64,000 nucleotides of DNA from Eutreptiella sp. 'Long Island Sound 2002' (Eukaryota > Protista > Euglenida): contig OZ038378.1 of assembly GCA_964036045.1 (NCBI GenBank), forward strand, positions 108,810,001-108,874,000, given 5' to 3'. The notes under the pieces are model-generated. The model searched no databases. It saw nothing but the letters and a program-made list of their open reading frames with translations, and was not told the DNA's origin. The translations under genes were made by a program, and so were the position numbers. The first letter of the stretch is position 1; each line of letters starts with the position of its first letter. Shown in pieces: positions 26,324-37,055 of the stretch.

Positions 26324-28179
26324 AATGTGACCACAATAGCTTTCGCCATTATAAGACTAAGTGGGCTTTGCCCATTGGTATTGTATATTCACCCACCGTG
26401 CCCACATCCCCTCCGGACAACCATCCCATTTGCCATGCATATACACACATCTGGGCGAAACTTGCGTAATACTCCCCACAAACATCCGCCTATAGTCTTC
26501 TTCCCACCCGCTTGTTTTTCATTTCCCCCTCGTTAAGGCACACACCACTGAGTGCCTCCCACCTCCGCATGAATTGCACAGCCGCGGTGCATTCCAGCCT
26601 AACTGTTCCCTTCCTGTTGGCCTTGTCATTGTTTAATCTACCCTTTGTTACCATTGTTGCCTCCATGCGGGCAATATCTAGAATAGCTTGAAAACATTTC
26701 GTAGTACCACGGCCGTGGACTTGCTGGTGGTAGGCAAGACCGCATCCCACATGCCCGATATACCACATGTAGTGACACACAGCACGCGGTGCAACCCAAA
26801 GTCTGGAATGCGACGGTCGCCTGGGATGTGGCTATATATAGCTCCAATTGGGAGCACAACCACCAGCCATCAATGGAGCTTTCCAAACCTAAGTTGGCAA
26901 CACCCTCTACCCTACTGTACCCAATCACCCAACACACCAAGGCGAGAGGACCCCCGGGTTTCCGATGCTTTCAATTGGCCATCAAAATTAGTGCCTTGCC
27001 ATTAGCACACAGAAAAAGCATGGTGTCCTAGTTGGCACTAGCGGTAACCTGCAAGACGACCTTACTGGCATCCCAGAATTGTCTGTCGAATTCCACCTCC
27101 TCAGCACCCGCATACAACGTTGCCCACTCCTCGCTACCCCCAAATGGCGACTAGCTTGAAAGTTGTTCGGGGCTACTTTTTCGCCCAAGAGTGCAGTGGA
27201 CGTATGGCGCCTCATGGCGCGAGGTGCCATCCTTTGCAAGCGGTCACCCAGTCAATGTGACCACAATAGCGTACGCCATTGTTAAACTAAATGGGTTTTG
27301 CCCATTGGTATTTTATATTCACGCAACTTGCCTACATCCCCTGCGGACAACCATCCCATTTGCCATGCATATACACACATCTAGGCGAAACTTGCGTAAT
27401 ACTCCCCACAAACATCCGCCTATAGTCTTCTTCCCACCCGCTTGTTTTTCATTTCCCCCTCGTTAAGGCACACACCACTGAGTGCCTCCCACCTCCAGCT
27501 ACGCATGAATTGCACAGCCGCGGTGCACCCCAACCTAACTGTTTCCTTCCCGTTGGCCTTGTCATTGTTTAGCCTATCCTTTGTTACCATTGTTGCCTCC
27601 ATGCGGGCAATATCTAGAATAGCTTGAAAAAATTTCGTAGTACCACGGCCGTGTACTTGCTGGTGGTAGGCAAGACCGCATCCCACATGCCCGATATACC
27701 ACATGTAGTGACACACCCAAAGTCTGGAATGCAACGGTCGCCTAGGATGTGGCTATATATGGCTCCAATTGGGAGCACAACCACCAGCCATCAATGGAGC
27801 TTTCCAAACCTAAGTTGGCAACACACTCTACCCTACTGTACCCAATCACCCAACACACCAAGGCGAGAGGACCCCCGGGTTTCCGATTCTTTCACTTGGC
27901 CATCAAAATTTGTGCCTTGCCATTAGCACAGAGAAAAAACATGGTTTCCTGGTTGGCACTAGCGGTAACCTGCAAGACAACCTTACTGGCATCCCACACT
28001 TGTTTGTCAAATTCCACCTCCGCATCACCCGCATACAACGTTGTCCAGTCCTCGCTACCCCCAAATGGCGACTAGCTTGAAAGTTGTTCGGGGCTACTTG
28101 TTCTCCCAAGAATGCAGTGGACGTACGCCGCCTCATGGCGCGAGGTGCCATCCTGTGCAAGCGGTCACCCAGTCAATGT
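26324..28179. repeat. Diverged tandem duplication, unit ~930 bp, with degenerate coding-like content on the minus strand
   Basis: aatgtgaccacaatagc at 26324 and 27254; paired ORFs 26490/27420, 26688/27624 and 26988/27903 are clearly homologous. Confidence 0.9.
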
Positions 28180-28415
28180 TGCGGCACTAGGATCCCTTTC
28201 GCATGGAATCTCGACCTCCCGGGGCTGCACCGGGCGAGGTTGGAGTTTCTAGCTACCTCATGGGAGGAGAACGTAGACACCGCGGCTAGGAGCAGACCCC
28301 CCCCCTCCGCGCGTGTGGTTTCCCCGTGTTCCCGTGTCCGGTGTGCATCTCAAGGAGGGCCAGCTTGCTGTTGCTCTCGAAGGTCTTTTGGTAGTTAGGC
28401 AGGACGTCATCTAGA

Positions 28416-29281
28416 GTGCGGGCCCCCTCCCCCTATTGCCACCACCCCAGTCCAACAGGGCAGCAACTGAAGACAAATGCCCCTTTGCATTCTTTGCCCT
28501 GTTCCGCCACTTGTGCATTGTGCAGCCCCGAGGGACTACATCCCCGGACCCTCCGCCCCACTCTGTTCCCATCCTTGGCGTTCGCGGTTGTTGGTGTTGC
28601 TGCGCCTGCCACTTCGGCCCGCCTGCTTGACCTCCTTTCCCTTTGCCCCGAGGTGATCCCGCTCGCTGTCATGTGCCTTTGCCGCGTGCTGGGCATCTGC
28701 AAGGTTGCCCTGCAACTACATACCCCCCACCCCTGCGTTGTCACCGCTCGCTACTGCCACTCGGGATGTGCTTGCTGTTGCGCTTCCTCCTGCACCCACT
28801 CGGCCACTTGGGGGCTGGTGGGGAGGATGGGGTCGGGGGGGGGGGGGAGCGTGTTTTCCGGTCTTCTGGACCACCTTGGGCTCCCCACGTCCCCTGGAAC
28901 CCCCCCCTTCCTGCAGCTGCAGCAGCCAGCCAAGCGGGCGTCAGCACCGCCGCCCCCCCGTCACCATCGCCCTGCACCGTCCGTACCCCAAGCTCTTCCG
29001 AGTTGAGGCATGACTCCAAGTCTGCGTGGCCGCGCATTAGGAGCCACACGTGGTCCATGTGTGTCTCCACGCCATCCCCCCAACTCTGCACCGCGGTGAC
29101 CCAAAGCACCCCGTGCACCACCATCCGCCCCTGAGGATCCCCTTGCCTCCCATCCACCGCGCACTCCCACTTCTACTGCCAACCACCCCCCCCTTGGAGC
29201 CCATACCCGAAAAGCACGGTCATTTCTCCCCTGCGCGGGTACCCCACGGAGACTATTTCCTAGGCCGCCTTTAGCCCTCAT
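28416..29281 (-). pseudogene. GC-rich degenerate coding-like fragment, possibly a retroelement remnant
   Basis: Protein-like stretch WVTAVQSWGDGVETHMDHVWLLMRGHADLESCLNSEELG with frameshifts at G-runs; no diagnostic motif. Confidence 0.25.
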
Positions 29282-29890
29282 TTTGCGATTTTCTAAGGAG
29301 CCTCATGCACTTGACGGATAGGGGCCAGCCAATAGCTCGGGGAGCGTGGGCCACGGCTCACCGTAGCAACCTGCTAACGGTTGTTCAGTACAATCCGCGC
29401 GAATTTGGGTTCCTGATTATAATTTTGTGTCCGCTGTTCGCAAGATGTTGGCACAAACTTCTTGTGATCGTCACGCGATCTTCACGCGTTTTTGTGTAGA
29501 CGCTATGCAAAGGGCCTGCGACAACATCGCTATTTTGGCGTGTTTCCTCACGCAAATGCTCATTTCGTGTGCTTTTGGTTGGAGGAATGCTTGGAATGTG
29601 CTTCAAACTGCCTCACACTACATAGCACAATATGAGGGGACGTGCATTCTTTGGTTGTTGCTTTGTTCCATTGTTCTTTTGTTTATATGCCTCGTGGTTG
29701 TGGCGACAAGTGGAGGAACACCGTTACTCATGTCAAGTTCAGGCAACACAAGGCGCGCCGACTTAATTCGTTGCAAGAGATTGCATCAGGGCAGGTAACA
29801 CTACCAACGCAGCCCAACACCTGCCGAACATGGGGCAGATTGGCTAGAACGCAGTAGACACTATTGGGGATTGTGCATGCTCTGCAGCTC

Positions 29891-30006
29891 TTAGATTACG
29901 TTCGGATCTATGGTTTAGCTCTGTTTGTGGTGTGCCGGTGTGCGTGTGTGTGGTATGCATTGCGTGTGTTAGTATTGTAGTGCATTTTTTGCATTTGAGC
30001 CTGCAG
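29891..30006 (+). repeat. Split direct repeat A1 (5' end of YR element)
   Basis: ttagattacgttcggatctatggtttagctctgtttgtggtgtg...gcatttgagcctgcag aligns colinearly with 35326-35440. Confidence 0.8.
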
Positions 30007-30076
30007 GCCAGACGAGGGTCACACGTAGAGTCAAACTCCGGGATCATTGGTATAGACCCGGCCAGCAATACTGTCG

Positions 30077-31111
30077 ATGTCGAATTTCGCTGCATTTGCC
30101 AGGGGGAGTATTTGGTCCACCTTTATGGATTCGGTGCCCCTCATCGAAATTGCGAGGACGATGTCAACAGTTGAAATGGCACTGTCGGTGTTGATGGACA
30201 GGAGAAAGGAGTGGCGGGACAGGTTTACCAAGAAGTTTGGGGTCCCGGTGGGTGAAGAGGTAGGGCTGCCAAGAATGATAGGAGCTTTCTGTGTGATGGC
30301 GCAGTGCCGCCGTTATGTGGAAAGGGTGGGTTTCGTGAAGATGGCACCACCCACGGCCCCGGCGCCTGAGGTGCAGGAGTCGAAGAAGCTGGTGGAAGAC
30401 CGGTGTATGGCCATGGGGGGGCTGAGAAAAGAGTTGGCGGCGGTTAGCGCGAAATCCCAGGCTGCGGCGAAGAGGAAGATGGCAGGGGTATCCCCTTTGC
30501 CCAAGGCAGGGCTGCTGAAGGTCCGGGAGCTGGACGCCAAGCCCCAATGGGTATATGCAAGCCTACTGGCTTTGTCCACGTAGCTGTGGCGTAGAGAGGT
30601 GCCGGCCCACGAATACGTGTCGCGCTTCTGGGTTAAGGAAAAATTCTCAAATGTCACTGTGGATGATCTGGCCCCAATGATGGATTCTGGTGCCGCTGAC
30701 ACCGATGTTTGGTGTTTGGAGTCCATTGATGACGACGAGATTGGCTGGCTGAAAGCCTCCGTCATGGCGGTGTGGACGTTTATGGTAACGTCCCTCTCCG
30801 CGTATACAGGGAAACAGGGTCTTGACCCCAAAGGAGCGGTTGACCAGCGAGAGAGGGAACATGACGAGCCTAGTCTGCCGACGAGATCGCAAGGCTGTAC
30901 AAGAGCCGCGGAGGAAGAGTTGGTGGCGCGAAAGTTGGTGGCCATGAAGGCGAAGTTCAAGGTCGAGGGAGACCGCAGGCTGTACACGACAAAGCCTGGG
31001 GCGGAGCCAATGCATGTGACGTGCGCGCCAGTGAACGCGTGCAGTGCTTGCAAGAATGCGGGGAGATGCGTGAAGCACCACTAGTTTCATGAATGCCCAC
31101 GGTTCAAGTGA
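30077..31111 (+). pseudogene. gag-like ORF1 with C-terminal Cys/His knuckle
   Basis: ORFs 30077-30583 and 30599-31084 share a frame, with TAG at 30581 and 31082. The frame ends CSACKNAGRCVKHH*FHECP. Confidence 0.6.
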
Positions 31112-31159
31112 TAGGGGCGCTGCCCGGTTGGGCGACAGGCAATTGAAACCGGACAAGAT

Positions 31160-32150
31160 GTGGTGGTGTTGCAGGCCACCGACTTCCGGGATGGGGACGG
31201 CGTGGTGTGGGCTCTGATATGGGCAGCGTGGAGACGGCTGTGGAAGGAGGATGACATCACCTCCCTGGATGCCCTGCAGGCGTCCTCCTGGGCGAAGAGC
31301 ACCATGGGTACGTACTCCACCTACTGCAGGAAATTGGCCCTATGGGTCAGATACACCCCGATCGATGGCCGAGGGACAGAAGCATGCAGGTACATGTTCC
31401 AGCTCTGGGGCCTGGGGTATTCCAGGATTTTCCTCAGGGAAACGGTATCAACATTGCGCGATTAGAAGAAATGGGATGGCTACCGGAATTCGTTACTGCC
31501 AGGGTATGGAGGTGCGCAAAGTGGGTCACATCTCAGGCGGTGGCACGCCCCTACGCGGGTCTGAAGGAGCTCAAGAGCTTCGCGAGAGCATGTGATAGTA
31601 GGGCACAGTGGACGGGATATGGCATGGCGGTCCTATCATTCACGTGCCTACTGCGGGTGGGTGACACAGCACCAATCATGCGTGGCGGGTCCCACGGAGG
31701 GGGCCTAGGGTTTCACACCGTTAAATGTGAGCCACACTTCGTCCGAAGGAAGCTGTGGAGCTACGGCAGGGCATGGCTACGATGGTTGAACCGAGATCCA
31801 CATCAGCGGTCCCGCTGGCACACTTCTGCCCAAAAGGGGCGACCTACCTCCAAATGGTCATGGCGACCACCCTCAGCGGATGTGAAAGCGCCCGCGCGCG
31901 GGGGCATGCGTGGAGGAGGGGTGGGTCGGCGGCCTTGCGCCGGTTGGGTTTGCCGGTCACATGGCTCGCCTGGTGGGGTCGTTGGATGTCAGAGTCAGTG
32001 GCGCCCCACTATGTTGATGCCCCAAACGATTTCATCGTGGCAAACGGCGTGGGGCTGCCGTGGCCGGTGCGCGAGGGGGCATGGAGTGGGAGTGGAGGGT
32101 TGTATCCCTCAAAGACATGTTCCCGGGAGGGCTTCAGGCCCTGCGTGTGA
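31160..32150 (+). pseudogene. Tyrosine recombinase (two frameshifts)
   Basis: N-terminal SWAKSTMGTY; catalytic R (SFTCLLRVGD), K (FHTVK), HxxR (HAWRRGG), WGRW and Y (VAPHYV), spread over ORFs 31160, 31342 and 31755. Confidence 0.9.
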
Positions 32151-32507
32151 GTCAAAAGGGCGTGGGTCCAGAAGAAGTCTTCGGGGGGTGGAGGGATGCG
32201 GTGGCCACCGCCGAGACCCCTGCAGACCGGAGTCGACGACATGACGGGGGGGGGGGGGGCAAGGAGACAGCAAACCTGCTGGGGTGTGTGGCACTGAAAG
32301 GAATGGAGAGAGTCCCGCCAGAAGCGGGGACGCAAGGGTCCGGGATGTCCCTCTGGACTTTGCGGCCGTGCAGGGGCGACCGGGGTCCGAGCGTGCTGGC
32401 AGACGTCCGGAGAGAGAAGACGTCATCAACGCCGATGCTGTCCCGCCCCACCCCTTCGGCAGGCACCTCCTCGATTCGTCGGATCCAGATCACGGCACAA
32501 CGGACGG

Positions 32508-34625
32508 GTGCGGTCGCGTCGATGTTGGGAAAGAGGAAGGCAGCAAGACCGCCCACGCTTGTGGTTGCGGCTGCCCGAGCGGCAGCCTCCCGCCGAGTCG
32601 GCAGTGGGTCGGTGGGCTCGGGAGCGCCTGCAATGCGGTGAGTGGGATGCCTGGCTGCGTGACCTGCGTGCATGCTTGCCTAGGGCCCCGCCGGGCTTGT
32701 TGGAGCGGCGCTTGATCCAATTTCTTGAATTGGGGGTGGAGGCCGCTAGGGACCTGCAGCAGCCGGATGTCCTGCCCTTGATTGCAACGGCACTGTCCTC
32801 CCTAGACTCCGGGGTTTGGGAGTCCTTGCTACACGATTCTACATCGCCGAAATTGTTGATGCAGCGCATAAGGGACGAAGTGTTGAGTAGGGGTCTGGGG
32901 GTGATTGGGCATATCCCTATCCCGGCTGATGTTTGGGAGCGTTAGGTGCCGGAATCCTTTGCGTCGGTTGCCGGCCGCCACTTCTCGGGAGTTGGGCCCC
33001 CGTCGGACGAGGCGGGAGTCATGTTGCATGTTTTGCGTAGCCACAACCTGTTGTGCCCCCTTCCGCCGGGGTCAGCGGGTCCGAACGGGGGAGTTTTGCC
33101 ATCCCAAAAACGCTTGACAAGTGTAGCCTAATTGTGAGTTTGGTGCTAGTGAATAGAGAGATGCCTGAGAAACCCGAGGCATTTTCACTACCGTTAGTGG
33201 AGGTCGTTGCCCTTTTGGCGCAGGTGGCACAGCAGGAGTCTTCCTTTTTGCTCCCCCCTTTATATAGTAGGGCCCCATGTCTCCGGCCAATTTGGGAGGT
33301 GCTAGGGCTCCTTGGGGGGGAGGGTGTGGAACTGTGTGTGTGCCATATTGGGCTCAGTAATTGTTTTTGGTCGCTGCGCCTCCCGGAACCCTTCTAGGGG
33401 GCTTTCCGTATCTTAGATGGTGAGGGAGGAGTTTTGTCGTTCAGGTGCTTTCCTTTTGGTTGGAAGTACCGCCCCATTCCATGCCAGAAGGTATTGGCGC
33501 GTCTGGTGGAGGAGATTGGCTTGGTGGGAGTGTTACTTTTGATTTACATCGACGATGTGCTCATCGTGGGACACGGAAAAGGGCGCATGTGTGGGCCGGC
33601 TATGCGCGCGATGCTGGCGTTGCGTGCGGCGGGTGGAGTTATATGCCGAAAGAGCACCTTGGAGCCGGTTACACGCTTCGTGTGGTTGGGACAAGACGTG
33701 TACTTGATTGGGGGCAGCCTGCGGACGGCGGGGAATGCGTGGGAAGCCCTGCTAGCCCATTGGTTGAGATTGTCCCTCGTTGTCTGTAGTGTGTGGCGCT
33801 TTCAGTAGTTTCTAGGGCGGGCGCAGTGGATCTGTAGACCTCGATTTGGGCATAGTGCTCATTTATCGGGGTTGTGGGTCGATGTGTTGTGCCCCCCCCC
33901 CCCCCCCCGTTATGCAGTATACCCTGGTCAAGTTGCTGCGCTTTTTGTGCGTGGTGTGTGTGTTGGCTTTACTGGGTCGCTCAGTGATCCCCTTGCCAAG
34001 AGAGCTGCGGAGAAAGCTGGCGTTTGTGTACGTTGATGCGGCGCTCCACGGGGGGGTGTACAAGTTGGGTCTTTATTCGATGGAGCTTGGTTTGCGGTCC
34101 GCGGTGCCCCTTGAGCAACCGCCGAACGAACAGTGCGCGGAGGCGCGTGCGGCCTTGTGGGGATTGAAATCTATTCTTAATGTAGGCATCTGGCAGGCAC
34201 ATCTTTTTGGTGACAATGCGGCGGCACTGGCACCATTTTTGCGGTGCAAAGCAAGTGTGGGGCGTGTGTACCAGCTGCGTCTGCTTAAGAGTTTCAGGTA
34301 CCTGTGGGCGTCGTGCCCAGGTCTTACGGTTTACATTCACTGGGTGCGTGGTGCAGTGAATCCGGCGGACCCCATCATCAGGTTGCATTGCCAGTTTGTA
34401 GGGGATCTGGGCCTGGCACGCGAGGTTGCGACACGTAGAGTAGGTGAGCCGTGGGCTTTTTTGGACCGCAAAACGGTTTTTTTGTGGACCCTGGGCGTCC
34501 CCATGGGGCCTTTTGTGCTTCAGCTGGCATGGCGATCGGGAATCTGGTCGTATGAAGGGGGGGGGGGGCGGACTTCCATGACGTCTTCCTGCAATATAGG
34601 CTGGAGGAGTCACTGGGGGCGATGA
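32508..34625 (+). pseudogene. Reverse transcriptase + RNase H
   Basis: RT: FAIPK, SNCFWSL, FRCFPFGWKY, IYIDDVLIVG, KSTLEP...WLG. RNase H: YVDAA, EQCAE, FGDN, IHWVRGAVNPAD. Several stops and frameshifts. Confidence 0.92.
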
Positions 34626-35245
34626 CGTAGCGTGCGAGCTCCTGTGCGCTTGACCTCGCCTCGTGAGTGGTCTGTGTTGCTTTTGCATTTGCTACGCCGC
34701 GGTGTTTTTTTGCCTGCGTTATGACACGAAAAAAGGGCAAAAAGCGCAACCGTGGGTGACGCCGCCACACACGATCCCAGGAGGCGACCGCCCGGAGGCG
34801 GCTGCAGGGCGGGGGGCGCTTGCGTAGGGCCCTCCGCGGGCTGCTGACCCGCCGGCCGGTGCGCCGGGTGCTGATGGGCAAGGCCGCGAAGATTTTTTTG
34901 AGAGTCGACGTCCCGAAGCCCTCGCGACGGCGGTGCTGCGGGACGCCGCGCTGGACATTGCGCCGCGCCTGCACGGGACGCCTACCCAACCGTACGCCCC
35001 GAGGGCATGCCCAACGTCAAGCCACCCGGGCAGCACCACATGTACTCGCACGAGTGGCGAGTGGTGTACCCGCTGGGCCCGGTCTACTTGACGTTGAGCA
35101 AACATTGCATGCATCAAGGCAGACACTTGCCTTATGTATTCGTGCAAGGCTCCGTGCGGCCGGTGGTGCGCGTGGCCCACATGTTTGATCCGTAAGGGAC
35201 AAGCTGTGTGGGTATGTCTTACTGCCGTTTTTGGCATGACCCACA

Positions 35246-35579
35246 CCCTTGGGGGGCGGCACACTGTCGAATTCGTTTAGCATGCTTTGGTGTCCATGCC
35301 TTTGTGCTTTCCTTTGTGCTAAATTTTAGATCATGTTCTGGTCTATGGTTGAGCTGTGTTTGCGGTGTGCGTCTATGCGTGTGTGTGGTATGCATGCGTG
35401 TGTTTTCATTGTAGTGCAGTTTGTGCATTTGAGCTTGCAGCACACCCGTCCGACCCAATACGTTATGCGCGACTTCTATCGCCCTGTTCAGGGCCTATGT
35501 GATGTGCCCCATGGGGGGCGGCACACTGTCCAGTTTGTTTGGCCTACTTCGGTGTGCATGCTTGTGTGCTTTCGCTTGT
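35246..35579 (+). repeat. 3' split direct repeats B1 (35246-35317), A2 (35326-35440), B2 (35508-35579)
   Basis: ccc(t/a)tggggggcggcacactgtc...gtgcttt occurs at 35246 and 35508 and brackets the copy of A1. Confidence 0.75.
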
Positions 35580-37055
35580 ACAAAAACCATCCCTATGGGA
35601 GAAGAACATGGCGGCTGTGTCGCGGGTCCAATCGCTCCACTTTTCCGGGGCCGAGGCGCATTTTCTCACTCATGAGCTAGTTGAGGGGGTACCTTGAGAG
35701 AATGTGTGCGCCGCGATGCAGCAACTAGCCCGCCGCAAGGGGTGGTTGCTACGACGGGGGAGGGTACCGAGCTATATTGTGCCGTTTGCCCGCTACAAAT
35801 GCGGTTGTGGCACCTATGTTGTTGTCAACGAGTGGAATCTGTCCGAACGCAACAGCTGGGTGATCCAAGGCTTCATCTGCGTAGGCGGGTGGGCTAGTGC
35901 ACCAATGCAGCCATGGGTGCATGGTGGGCGGCAGCCATGGGGGCAATTTGGGGGGTGGGAGGGAAATCCTGAGCGGAGCTCGAGGGAACATTGGAACATC
36001 CTCCATTCTGAAAGGAACGCGGATGGGCGCGCTGGCCTACAATTCTTGTGCGGCACGGGCCGCCATGGCAGGTCCAAACGGCTTTCCCACGGGGGTCGGG
36101 CTGCTGGCATTGCCGCCTAATGTGCACACAAATCAGAAAATACAAACGGCCCGATTGAAGGACGCTTGCAAACAAAGGACATGGAACAATGTGGAAATCG
36201 GGCGAAAATGGCGATAAGTTCGGGCGAACCACGGATGCTATGTGCATGAGCGCTAAAATGGCCCGAAAATCACATTGCCCTTCGTACGGGTGGGGATTCA
36301 TGGCAAATCCCGCGTACCTTGCACTCGCATGTACCCCGAACGGTTCACCCGCATCGCCTCCCCTTCTTATCGTACGTGCACGGATTAGCCTAGGTGACCA
36401 GCTGCCAGCAAGTGGCCCAGTCGCGTGGGAGGGAAGATGCCGCCTAGAGCCCACACGATGCGGGCGTCTCGCTCCTTTCCCACCTCAAATTTGTTGGGCC
36501 CGTTCCACGTGACGAACTCTAGAGTATGGACGGTGAGTGTGTGCGGCCTCGCGGTGGAGCGGGTCAAGAAGCATGGGTGGTCGGTGCACACCGCGGGGCG
36601 TGCTTGTGCTGGGGCGGGGCGACGAAGTCGAAGACATCGTCCGTGGGGTTCTCACCGCCAAACCCAAATGCGCCTCCGCGCCGGCCCCTAGGAAACTAAT
36701 TTGGCCGTAAGTGGGAACATTGCGTTGGTCCACTGTCCCCAAACCTTGCTTGAGATTAGAGTCAGTGGGGGGTCGAGGAAGCTGGCAATGAGTTAGGCGG
36801 CCCCTACACACCGCCTGTTTCCGAACATCGGAGACCCCGGATGTCAATTTTCAAAATTAGAATTTTTGGGGGTCTTTTGTACCACACGTTGCTTGCTAGA
36901 GCCGTGTCAATGTTGTGAACAATGTTACTGTGTTGCTTGTTGTGCTGTGTTGTACGGGTTGTCGTGACACGGTCGCAAATTGTAATGTGTCTAGTGTGTT
37001 TGTGTAGATGTAGGCAGTATTGAACTATACAATCTTCGCATCATGTTTGTAGCCC

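Larger units (their letters stand above)
29891..35579 (+). mobile_element. Tyrosine-recombinase (DIRS-order) retrotransposon, VIPER/TATE-like, decayed
   Basis: gag-like, YR, RT and RNase H in that order on the + strand, bounded by split direct repeats A1...B1-A2-B2. Multiple stops and frameshifts. Confidence 0.88.

Noticed and set aside
35694-36850. Separate gene or element downstream of the YR retrotransposon
   Set aside because: Overlapping short ORFs on both strands with no diagnostic motif or boundary, so no call can be supported.
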